A stretch of 64,000 bases of DNA from Stylophora pistillata. Lineage: Eukaryota. The translations under genes and the position numbers were made by a program. The DNA lies in contig NW_019217790.1 in NCBI RefSeq assembly GCF_002571385.2, positions 1,189,242 through 1,253,241 of the forward strand, in the 5' to 3' direction. Positions 25,813 to 38,106 of this stretch are shown one piece after another. A model generated the notes under the pieces. It was given only the letters and a program-made list of their open reading frames with translations. It ran no database searches and had not been told where the DNA came from. Position 1 is the stretch's first letter. The number at the start of each line of letters is the position of its first letter.

Positions 25813-27839
25813 CTCTGTACATTTTATGTTAATAGTGATATCAGTTGCTAAAGTGTGTGGGTGACACCACTTCTGTCTTAGACAGAAAGTTGCAATGATA
25901 GTGAAATGAAGCATCACCCCAACTTCACAAGGGGCTACAATCAGCAATGAAGTTGTTGACACAGAAATTTTTGTTCCCCCTCCTATAAGTCATTTTTATT
26001 CCTTTTGACCTTGTGACCATATTCTATTTAACCCCCCTCTCCCTGCCCTGTTTGCTGTGACCTTCTGCCACAAAAAACAACACTGAATAGGAGGGGACTA
26101 TCTTAACAATAACTTAGTACAAATAACCAGATTGTGTGATATTTTAATGTATTATTTAGGTACAAGGTGTGCATTAATTTTATTGTGAATTATAGCCTCA
26201 AACATAATACATATGGTGCTTGAAGAGCGGAAGTTTTGGGGAACTGTTTGTGGTCCTGTTGTAATAATGAATTGTACATTGTGTTTCATAAGTTGAGCAC
26301 CTGTTAATTTTAAATTTGACAGCACCTTTCATTTATTTTGAATAGCAAGAGCCTACACATAGTCTTATTTATTTTAATCATTTTAGAGAGATTTTCAATT
26401 TGGTGTAAATATATTTAATCAAAATAGCCCATCAGGAGAAAGACAAATATCACAAGGAACCATTGAAAACTCAAGGAAGGGGAGTGTAAATGCCTTGTAT
26501 GCATAAAAACACAAATTGAGCAAGTGGCAATTGGTTTTGTTTTGGTTGAGAGGATTGTGATAGTTTTGTCTGATCACAAATCAACGTCAACTGTGGGCTT
26601 CTTTTCACCCAGAATTGAAAATTCCTATAAGTTATTTATTGTCAACTTTCTTCTTTTCAGTGAGACAAAGTTACCTGTTACCCATTGTCTCGGACTTAAG
26701 ATCCAAAGGGGTCTGGGTACGAGTCTTTGTTATTAGAAGTGTACCTAAGGTAGATATTACCATGGGGGATGGGGAGGGGAGTTGGCAGGGACTGTACAGA
26801 AGTCTTTATTTGCAAAGAATGTTACCCTGATGGAAGAAATAAACGATTCTGTGTATGCAACCTGCTGATTAGATGTAATTTCTGTCCTTCTGTCTTCATT
26901 GGTAGATCATTGTTGCCTGTCTTTTCCTTGTTCTGTCTTATCAAGCTGCTCTTTTAACCCTTTAGTTTGGGATGTGAACCACAAATGAAAGAATTGAATT
27001 TCTGGAAAACTCAATGAGAACTGTGTATGCATGAATTCATCTCCCAATGAGTTATAGCATTTTAAAGGGAAAGTACGGTGTAGAAAAAGTTTCTCAATTA
27101 GAAGACTTTTTCCTCAGGGAGTTCGAAAATAACTGCCATTTTGTCTAGTTTGCTTTGTATTTAGCGAGAAGAGCGCTTCGAAGTTGCCCATTTTTACAAC
27201 TTTCGTGGTTGGAAAATCGCTATCTTGGATATTACGTCATTGTGACGTAGCAATACTTAGTGCAACACGTTGTCCTTGTTGACTAGTTTGACCTTTTGTG
27301 GAAACAATTTCTAATACTCCCAATAGTTGATATGAGGTGAACTGTCCTGTTGTTGAATGTCAAAATACATACTAAAATTCAAAAGGAAAAGGTGTAAGCC
27401 TCTATAAGCTACCGGAAAGTGAAATATTAAAGAAAAGTTAGCCGGCAAAAATGACCCGCGACGACGGCTTGCCGAACCCTGTAAAACCTCAGAACTGCCA
27501 GAACGAAGACTTCCATGCATACGCTTTACCAAGCGGTGTACAAATATATCTTCAAGTAAGTCAAGTAATGTCTTTACGTGGGGCATGGTTACCCATATTG
27601 CCCGAGCCAGAGGCTCATGTATGAAACGCAAGACAGCAACCCACCCATCCCACCCCAGGGGAGGACATCCATCACATAGTAATCTCGTGTGTGGGAAATT
27701 AACGTCTCCTACCCCTAACTCTGCAGGAGACGGGACCTCCATTTATTCGTCCCTATCCGAGAAGACTAGAATATCTAAACCATTTGTTGATGTTATAGAA
27801 AGGCAGCATATTCTTCTCAATTATTTTAAGACCTTGAGT

Positions 27840-28463
27840 NNNNNNNNNNNNNNNNNNNNNNNNNNNNNNNNNNNNNNNNNNNNNNNNNNNNNNNNNNNNN
27901 NNNNNNNNNNNNNNNNNNNNNNNNNNNNNNNNNNNNNNNNNNNNNNNNNNNNNNNNNNNNNNNNNNNNNNNNNNNNNNNNNNNNNNNNNNNNNNNNNNNN
28001 NNNNNNNNNNNNNNNNNNNNNNNNNNNNNNNNNNNNNNNNNNNNNNNNNNNNNNNNNNNNNNNNNNNNNNNNNNNNNNNNNNNNNNNNNNNNNNNNNNNN
28101 NNNNNNNNNNNNNNNNNNNNNNNNNNNNNNNNNNNNNNNNNNNNNNNNNNNNNNNNNNNNNNNNNNNNNNNNNNNNNNNNNNNNNNNNNNNNNNNNNNNN
28201 NNNNNNNNNNNNNNNNNNNNNNNNNNNNNNNNNNNNNNNNNNNNNNNNNNNNNNNNNNNNNNNNNNNNNNNNNNNNNNNNNNNNNNNNNNNNNNNNNNNN
28301 NNNNNNNNNNNNNNNNNNNNNNNNNNNNNNNNNNNNNNNNNNNNNNNNNNNNNNNNNNNNNNNNNNNNNNNNNNNNNNNNNNNNNNNNNNNNNNNNNNNN
28401 NNNNNNNNNNNNNNNNNNNNNNNNNNNNNNNNNNNNNNNNNNNNNNNNNNNNNNNNNNNNNNN
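27840..28463. other. Assembly gap
   Basis: Run of 624 N. Confidence 1.
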
Positions 28464-29127
28464 CGTGCTATCGTGGGTGCCATTTTGTTTATAAGTTAGA
28501 GTGGGAACCTCAGCACAAGGCTACAAAACTTCTGGCGTTTCCCCTGATCGGCTGCACCGATCAGATTTTTCCCGCCATTTTGACTGGATCATCTCATGTC
28601 CTTGGCTACCACCGCTGACCAAAAAAATTGTGGTCATTCATACACGGAGCTCTATGGTGGAATGTTGAAGGTAGGTGTGTGATTTTTTCGCATTTTGTAT
28701 GCAATTTCGACATTCCTGGAGTCATCGATAAACAATCACGACATTTTCTTGCCAAACAATCATGACCAAAAAAATTGTGGTCATCCATACACGGAGCTCT
28801 ATGGTGGAATGTTGAAGGTAGGTGTGTGATTTTTTCGCATTTTGTATGCAATTTCGACATTCCTGGAGTCATCGATAAACAATCACGACATTTTCTTGCC
28901 AAACAATCACACACCTTACATTCAACATTCTACCATACAGTTCCGTGTATGGTGACCACAATTTTTTTGGCCAGCGGTGGTAGCCAAGGACATGAGATGA
29001 TACAGTCAAAATGGCGAAATAATCTGATCGGTCGATCAGAGGAAAAGACCGTAAGTTTTGTAGCCTTGTGCCGAGGTCCCTACTCTAACTTAGAAACAAA
29101 ATGGATTCCACAATAGCACACGGGAGA
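28464..29127. mobile_element. Long-TIR foldback element with an internal 147-bp tandem duplication
   Basis: About 220-bp inverted arms; duplicated units 28616-28762 and 28763-28909. Confidence 0.75.
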
Positions 29128-31621
29128 ATTAACATTTCTAGTGGCACTTTTTGAAGATTCAGTCAAATGTTTGTAGCATGAAATGCCACTTTGATGGCGA
29201 CCTCTTAAGTCGCACCAGGTATTTATTGTTTTCATCCTTTCTTAATCTAGTTAGAGGGGTCCAGAAGGGGGTCCAAAAGGGGGTCCAGAAGGGGGTCCAG
29301 AAGGGGGTCCAAAAGGGGGTCCAGACATAGCAAAGATGGCGGATTTCAATTTGAAAATGCCGATTTTTGGAACGTAATTGTTCGCAGCTAAAACTTTTTC
29401 TAGACCGTACTTTCCCTTTAAATACTACCGACTTGCAAAGCCTTGACCTCGTGTCTCACAAAGGTGCCTGTGCCACACAAAAAACCTGCCGCGCAGGTCG
29501 CCTTTTTGCGGAAAGTTCCTACTATTGACTTTCACTGCGGACTAATTTTTTACGTTGCAGTGTGTAAGAGGAAATAAAATATTTCGTTGTCCAGTCAATC
29601 ATTCATGAAATCAGTCAGAATATTGATTACATCGAACAGTCTTTTCATTTTCATTGACTGACTTCGTCTCGATCACTTCGATTTCAAGTGCTAACTGTAT
29701 GGACAGAGGAAAGATGCGGAAAAATTAATAGGCTTGTGGAGCTAAGGTTTTTCCGAAAAAATCAATACTTTTGTGGAAAAAGTTATCATAGGAAAAAATG
29801 TTCTTTCCTTGGATTTGTGGAATATTTTTTCGTTAATTTTTAGGTGTTTTTGTTTCTTCCGGCTCCTCCCTGACGTATATATCACATAAACATGTCAAAC
29901 CTGGTCTAACTAATTCATTTACTAGATATAGGTAAAGTTTACTTCCCGGCTAACACTGGAACATTCCTATCTCTTAAACTCAGTTCATGATTATCCTTTA
30001 TCAAACTTTGGAATTATTATGGGCTGTATGCTCTCTAGTTGAAGGATGCAGATAACTTAGAGCTGTACACCAAACCCGCGCTCTTGATTCAGTTTCATTT
30101 TGTTTACTTTTCAATTCAAATAGTTTAACCAGCCGTAAGTGGAGAAAATTGTTTTCTTTTGAGGAATTATTGAAATATGATCCATAAAATGACAGCTGGA
30201 GGACTTACAAATAAGTTATGAAAACTTTCATCAGCGACCTTTTCATCACAACGAACGAGTTTGTTTGTAAGTAGCAAAGAAGTACAGCAGTGGGTTGTCT
30301 CTTTGAACTGTTATACCAATTGTTTAATTTCATTCAATTCATCCACATTTCAGATAGCAATTGGCCTTTTTTTCCAGGTTGGTCAAGATGTATATAGACA
30401 GTAGAGTAGGAATAACACTGGGTAATACTCAGAAATGAAGTGCTTCATAAAACAGTGGCAGAAATTTGGACGTATTTTCTTCCTTTCCCGCCAGCGTTCT
30501 TTCATTGCAGGTGATTTTGATAGCTGTTATGTGACTCTTTTTTCAATTCTAACTGTCATGGTCGTGTAAGGTTAAATGTGTTGAGAAGGACAATCCTGAG
30601 CTAAGGGAGTATATTTCACAAAGATGAAGCTGTCTTTACACTCGATTTGAATTTGTCGTTAGGATATGAATTGTATTACGAACTAAACATGCAGTGACGA
30701 TGTATGCAAGATTTCCTCTACACTGAATCAGATTCAGTTTTGAGTCCCTATAAGTTAGAATAAGGTTTTTTGTGGAAAATGATGTACTTTTTCTGTGCAG
30801 TTCTTGTGTGTGAGGAAAATCCATCCATGATTAGACTTCTCAGCCAAATGCTTATTATAAATATAGAAACGGATGCATGTCCGGTCACATTTATTGCATT
30901 TTCGCAAACTTCCAATGTGAGTTTTCACTTGAAAACAAGGTAATATCATAAAGCAACTTTTAATTTTTTTAAGTTACGAATAACAAAAGGTTATAATTAA
31001 CATCTGAAAACAGAACAAGTTTCTCCTGATCTAATCGTACTAATAAGATTCAATGATAGAAGCCGTGGCCATGTTCCTGTCGAGAATGTTCAATCTTCAA
31101 AAAAGACAGGCATTGTAGATACATCAAATTAGCATATAGATTAATGCTCCATTGTCGAGGGTGTGTATTAAAAAAGTGCAGCTTTGTAGAATCAGTTGCT
31201 TGCTCTTTTAGTCGGCTTGGAGGCGATGGCAATGAAGACCCTGACTTTCTCTGATTCTAAACGGAAGACGGGGAGATTATTCTACTGAAATTGGTAAAAA
31301 AAAACACTGCAAGGGACAAAAACAAGGAATCGAGATGAGAATTTTGCAGGAAGAGGACTAAATTAATGCTGAATCTGAGTGGTTAGTGTAGTATTGCGTA
31401 TGCTTGGAATTAAAGTAAAGTAAGTAAAATCCTTTATTTAAAACATGATCAGGGTATAAGCATTACATGCTTGTGAGGACGGGTATCTAATTAACCCACC
31501 TAATTAACCTACTATTAAAGTGAATAGAATATATAAAATATCATATTATATTAAGAGCCCATTCAAAGTTTATTTTGGTCGTTTAATTTGTAGGTATCGT
31601 ATCTATTCAACGTTATTGGAA

Positions 31622-33919
31622 ATGGCCTCGGAAAAAAACTGCGCCGCGAGGGCCCTTCCATTCTGTATCTTTCTGTTTTTACGAACAATTTTCGCCGGTG
31701 AGCGATATTGTCGAACAGTGCAATCGGTTTCAAACCGTGCACTGGAAGGTCACGTGATAACTGTGTTGGCAACTTCGTCGGTTGAAAAGTGCCAGGTGAA
31801 ATGTGAGACAAACCCTGACTGCTACAGCACAAATTACTTGTCTTCCTCGAAATCCTGTGAGCTGAACAAGGGAACTCGATTGTCGCATCCTGATAACTTT
31901 CTACCGCGAGAAAACACGGTGTATTTTGACAATCTTTATCGCTCCTATCACGCATGCGTGCACCCTCCCTGTCAAAATGGTGGTAAATGCATATTACGGA
32001 CGCAGAGTCCTGGGTACGAGTGTCAGTGTCCACCAAAGTACAGTGGAAATAATTGTCAAGGTAAAACAAAAATCATAGTATCAAGTACCCCTATCAATGT
32101 AAGAGCAAGATTTACAAGTACCTATTTACACCAAATTGCACGAGAATTCGAGAAATAATGTTGTTACTTGTTTTAACAAGTAAATTGTTAAAATAATTTA
32201 TATGAAAGAATCATGACGCGAATTCAAGACAGACGAAATCTTGACAGCGTGCGCGCGCTAATTGTAATTTGCGCTCGTGTTACAACTTTGCACTCGTTTT
32301 ACAACTTTGTACTCGTGTCGCATGAAAAATTCATTCGTTTTCAGCCAATCATAAGCGCGTAATTTTTTTCATGTATATTGTCAGCTGAATGGGGGTATCC
32401 TGATGGACTAAAATCAGCAGCAGGAGCACTGCTGTGTGTGAGAAAACATTGATGGTATTTTTTCTGCTTTGCCATAGTTTGCGATGGTGATGCACTGGGT
32501 ATTTACGACAAATTACGCAACTTGACAATATCTGCATCATCGTCTGAGCCTGACAGTCCGCCAGCCAGCGGTCGTATTTACGAGGCAGGGGGATGGCGAG
32601 CCTTAACTAACGATTCTCATCCGTATTTGGAGGTGAGTGTAGAATTAGGAATTTCTTTTTCATTGGTCCACTCTAGCATTTGTGAAAGCCACTGAGATTG
32701 TTTATAGAAGGGAATCATTGCCCCCACCTTTCGTCAACTGCTTCAAAAAAATCAATAGGGAAACTGCAAAGGCGGGAAAACGAGAGTTACTAATCACGAC
32801 TGCTGTTTGTTTGGCATCTGATTGGGTGAGATGGTGGTACGATGTTTTTTTGACCAATCGCAGAGCATTTCTCAGCCTTCCCTCCTTGACAATGAGTGCC
32901 GGCAAAAACTATGGAATTTTAACTGAAAAGTTAGACCGAAAAGGTTCATTTGCACGCAATTAAAAGAATAAAAGAATTCCATGACTCGCGCGCCTTTCCC
33001 TAAAAAATATAATGATACAATGAAAGTCAATTGAATACTTTTCATTTCCTTCGGTGAAGATAAGATTTTCTTCTGAAGAACTCATAACAGCAGTAGCCAC
33101 ACAGGGTTGGAAAGATGCAAATAATATGCAGCCAGACTGCTGGGTCAAAGAATATTTCCTTGAGTACAGTGAAAATGGAACGACTTTGAAGATACATAAA
33201 GATGGCTCGAGTAGGAGGGTAGGCATCCTAAGTGTTCGTACATATTAGTCTCACGGTAGCACATTTTTTTGTGAGTTAATTGTTTCTCAAAAACGTGTGT
33301 GCGTTCCTTGCACTTAAGTATAGACTAAGTATTTCGGCCTTCAATGCGCAGTTAAAAGCGGTTCTGATTGATTTAGAATTGCTTTCGAATCGGTCAAGGA
33401 CAAAGGAATAATGTGGGCTTGCGGAGCTGAGAGAATGGGTTGCGAAGTTGTGGGAAGTTTGGCTTGAACCGATGTCGTTTTCGTCGACGATACAATTTTT
33501 TAAGCGAGCGACAAAAACCGTTAACGGCATTCTAGAAAAATGTAAACGACGGGACTACTCTCTTTAAACCCAGAGAGTATTTAGTCGGAGTACATACTAT
33601 GTATGAATCAAGAGCACACAATAATAAAATTTTGCGGATTTTGTTTGCGGTCATATTTCAATACTTGAGGAGTATAATCAAGCTAGTCATCCACAGCTTA
33701 AAATCACTTAGAATATCTAGATCATGAGTGTATCATCTTTTTCTAAAAATTATTTCCCGGCTTTTTTGGCAGGTTTTTCCAGGAAACTCAAACGCTAATG
33801 GCAATGTGAAGAACCTAATTAGCAAACCATTCCGATGTATAGCGTTAAGGATTCGCCCTATTAGCTGGGAACAGCGACCGGCCATGCGCACTGAAGTATA
33901 TGGATGTGACGTATTTTGA
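31622..33919 (+). CDS. Secreted PAN/Apple + EGF + FA58C (discoidin) protein, paralog 1
   Basis: Exons 31622-32060, 32478-32632, 33060-33218, 33773-33919. Hydrophobic leader, PAN ([16 protein letters not shown]...CELN), EGF ([12 protein letters not shown]...[12 protein letters not shown]), FA58C (AVATQG...FPGN...LRIRP...MRTEVYGC). Confidence 0.85.
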
Positions 33920-35746
33920 TTCATAAAAAATAACGAGAAAGCAATCATCAGTTCTCAGACCCCTCACGTTCTCCAAGACAAACTAGTACTCGGCTAAAAG
34001 CCCTCCTGAAATTTTAGGATTCCTTTGTATCCACACACAAATTGGATCGACTGTTATTCTGCTGTTTAGCGATTCACCAAAAATACTTGATCAGCCTGAT
34101 CAGTTTTGACCACAACCGGAAGTGAGATGGCGGTTTTTGCCGGTACGAATGCAGTACTGTTTCCTTAGATGAAAAAATTGCATTTGAACAGCTCTGCGAG
34201 TTTTCCTTGGAAAGGGCTGGAATTGAAGTTCCTCCACGCTTCAAGTTTTACACAAGAATACAGGTTAAAACCATTGAGTGACCAAGCACATAAGGATAGA
34301 ATTATCAAAGTGGAAGTTATCTAATGAAGGATGTAGCGCATTTGTTCTAGAATAATAGTAGGCGTGAATATAAGGTAATCGCCTTTGATCATTTGGTTTT
34401 CATCCTCTTAAAAATCTAATTAAAAAAACGGCGATTTCAAAGAAGTCGAGGGACAAAAGCTGTAACAAGCTACATGAAGCTCGGACACCAAAGACAGGCG
34501 AGCTGAAAGCTTAGGAAATCTTTCCCCGAAAGTTTTATTTTTGTAAAGAATCTTTACTACAGTTTTAACTACAAATAGAAGACCACTGCATACTCTTTGT
34601 GGACACTAGCTTCTAGTTTCTTGAAGATACAAAGGTGGAGAGGTCTATGGTGATGTGCAGTGTGTCTCACTTATCTTCGTTCGATGGAAATGACCAAATC
34701 TTCGAATGGAATGTTTCACAAAGCTAAATTTCATTTTGGTCTTGGTTCGCCACTGATCCTCGTTTACTTTGTGCCCTTCTGTGAACAACCCATCTCACAA
34801 GCGTTACAAGTATTTATAACCGCATTGAATGTTTACTATTTCGGATTCAATCAAGTTGCTGCTTCTTTTTGTTTTAACACCTGCAAAATTAGGTCAATAC
34901 CAGAAAATTTCCCGTCACTCAACTAAATGAGAGCCATCATAGACCATGGTATATCTTTTGTTAATTGACGATTGATGTCCCTCTTGTAAAGGATTTAATT
35001 AACTTAGTATATCAATTTGTGTTATCTTGTAAAATTGCTGCTTCCGATTGGGTAACAGAAGGGCATCTGTGCAATCCTTAAAAGGCTATTCCATCACTGA
35101 TTGACAAACAAAATTGAAACTGCAAAAAGAAAAAGCCATCTTGGAATTATTGACAACTAAATCCAGCACAACCTCACCTCGGAAAAGCATCTTTCAATCA
35201 TATTATCATATTTTTTCAGTTTCTTATTTGCACCAATAAGGGTTGATTCAAGTCTCGCAGCGGACGAAGTTGTTTCTTTCGGTAAGCTCATACTACGATT
35301 TATAATAATAATTTATTTACTTATACAGCGCCCTTTAACATTATAAGGTGATCAAAGGCGCATTTATCGCATTTCTACTTTCTAAGGGGTGTTTCTTTAA
35401 GAAAAGTGTCAATTCATTGTTTGATTCACGCTGAAACAACGTTTCTGTCTGTTACATTTCTGAAATATGACAAGTTATATTGTACCAAAATGCTCAATTT
35501 TGAAAACATTCCCAAGCCAGCAAATTGCATCTTACACCACCGAAAGCTAGCTGAAGTAAGAACTTCAGGGACCTCAGAATCAGCGAAACGGAAACTCCGG
35601 CCAGTTTCAAGCGGTCTCTTTTTATCACATCTTTGATGTTCTCTCGATTATCCCGAGTTTTTGGCACCCCTGCAAAATCTTTCATGCTTAAAATCGAAAT
35701 TGAGATTTTGCCGCATTTTCAGGGCCACAGTATTTTTCCCCACGTG

Positions 35747-37647
35747 ATGAACAAGACTTGGATAACTTGTATACTTTTCATACTGATTCATCCTATTACC
35801 GGTCAAACTGGAAAAACCGGTTGTCAAGATGTTCATTCCATCTCTGGATACTCTCTCACCAGACACGCGTATCGAATCATGTCACGAGTACGCCTGATCA
35901 CGTGTATCGCCACGTGCCAAAATGACCCACAATGCTACAGTCTTAACTTCAAGCACCATTGTCAACTGTGTGAGCTGAACAATGCAACTCGTCTGAGTGC
36001 TGAGCCCAAGTATTTTGTCCATTCAGGTGAAACGGTGTATTTGAATAACCTATATCGACCGTACAGACCGTGTGATAATTCACCGTGTATGAACAATGGG
36101 GTTTGTATTCCTACTGATCTCTATCCAGGATTCAAGTGTGAATGTAAAGAAGAATACTTTGGACCAGTTTGTGAAGGTAACAACTTGGGGATTTGATCAT
36201 GATTTTGAATACATATGACTGATCAGGAAAGTAAGTAACATTCTTTTCCTTTCTCATGGTAAGGAGGAGTAAGAATGAAAGCCTTCCTCTCCGCCCCTCC
36301 TCTCCGCCCCCCCCCCATCCCTCTCCGCCCTGCCTAATCTTCCCCCGTGGGAGCTAAATATTGACAAAAGACCCTACCCAAGGCCTATTGATAATGACGA
36401 CACTGCAAGTGCCGTTAACTCTGTTCTCTTGCTTCTCATGAAAAACCTCATGTTGCTAGACTCAGTATCACCTACCGCCTGTTCAGCTCCTTACCGACCT
36501 TTGGGAATGAAGGACGGTAGTATATTGGACCGTCAAATCACTGCTTCTTCTGAAGTAGCAGGCTTTGAGGCCTTTAAGGCGCGATTTGATGGCTCTTCGT
36601 GTTGGAGAAGCGCTAACAGTAGCCTTGGAGAGTACTTGGAAGTAAACTTGGGGCGAGAAGAGTATGTCAAAGCAGTAGGAACTCAAGCCGATCCATTGCA
36701 AGACAGCTGGACAGAAAAATACTACTTGGCGTTTTTCTTGGGACTAGGATGGAAGAATGTTACTCGGCGATTTAAAGATGTCGCGGTATGTAGTAGCTAT
36801 TAATAGAAATGTGACGTACATTTGTTGAGGTATGTAGTATATACGGTGATGTACGCCAATCTAACACAGTCTAGACTAGCAGTCTCGAAAGACAACGAAG
36901 GAACAATCATGCTAGGAAACTGCATATAAAATCTGAGATTTATAACGCTTTTATTTGAGTGTCGTATGACAAAAATCAAGAAATCAAGGAAAAGGAAAAT
37001 ATCAAGAGGGGCCAAAGATATCTCAAAACACAAGCGCCCTGCGTCAGGTGCGCCAAAGATATCTCAAAACACAAGCGCCCTCCGTCTGGCGCGCCAAAGA
37101 CATCTCAAAATACAAGCGCCCTGCGTGAGGCGCGGGAAAACGCCGCTGACCAAGTTGCGATGTCTAATTTTTGCATCTGATTGGTTGAGATGTTTGCGTT
37201 AAACTTGATTTTTTTTCACAAATCATAGAGCAAAGAACGTAAAACCAAAATACAGACCCGGATGATCCAGGACTACTCTTGACACTTAATAGCTAAATTT
37301 CTCTATCGACTTTACTGTGGTTCAGTTCGCCTTCCCTAATATTAACCCAGAGACTGTACAGTAAAACTAGTGGCGGTTTTATCCCGAAACAACAAGGATT
37401 AACGTCATGTTTTGACTCAAAATCCCTTTACGGGTTATTTTTTCTTTAATGCAGTGCAACCTGAAGTGGGTAGAGTGTTTCCTGAATTTCATTACTCATC
37501 TTTCAGGAATACAAAGGGAACACAGGGCAAAACCATATCATCACCAACTACTTGGGTGCACTAAGTTTCCACGCCACCGCTGTCCGAATCTATCCTCTGA
37601 AATGGCATGGATGTATAGCATTAAGGTTGGAGTTGTACGGTTGCTAA
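35747..37647 (+). CDS. Secreted PAN/Apple + EGF + FA58C protein, paralog 2
   Basis: Exons 35747-36176, 36460 (or 36466)-36785, 37507-37647. Same domain order, ending VRIYPLKWHGCIALRLELYGC. Confidence 0.85.
37011..37133. repeat. 41-bp minisatellite x3
   Basis: GCCAAAGATATCTCAAAACACAAGCGCCCTGCGTCAGGTGC units at 37011, 37052, 37093. Confidence 0.9.
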
Positions 37648-38106
37648 GGAATATATAATCGGGAATGGCATGGACGCATAGCACTAAGATTGCTTGGAAG
37701 CTATCATTAAAAATGGCATGGACACATGGCAACTAGGCTTGACTCGTATGTTAGGGTTACCTTACTGAATTTTTTTTTCCTTTTGAATATACCTAAATAC
37801 GCGAATAGTTAAAAGCTTTTAGGGAAGAACTTTCCTTAAAAACGAATAAAAAATGGTGAAAATTTCTTTCTTCGAAGCTTTTTCAGTGTAACTTAATACT
37901 TCTCCTCTTGGTAGAAGTTACGAATATAGTGTCTTGTGTGTAGCCAGACCACAACTATGGCATACAGAAACACGAAAGTGGCATACAAGAAAGAGTTGAC
38001 AAAAAAGTAGTATAAGAAAAAAATTGAATGCGTCTTTATCTACAGAGGGTACCCTTGGGGACCGTTTTCGTTTGACGAGTAAATTTGTAATTACAACATG
38101 ATATTT

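Larger units (their letters stand above)
27066..29417. mobile_element. TTAA-flanked TIR transposon (Kolobok-like), spanning the gap, with a nested element
   Basis: TTAA-AGGGAAAGTACGGT...ACCGTACTTTCCCT-TTAA; 12-bp GGGGGTCCAGAA repeats at about 29255-29325. Confidence 0.7.

Noticed and set aside
27585-28499. 304-aa and 220-aa ORFs
   Set aside because: Artefacts of the N gap.
28606-28914. Cys/His-rich 102-aa ORF with a 49-aa repeat
   Set aside because: Explained by the 147-bp duplication inside a foldback element.
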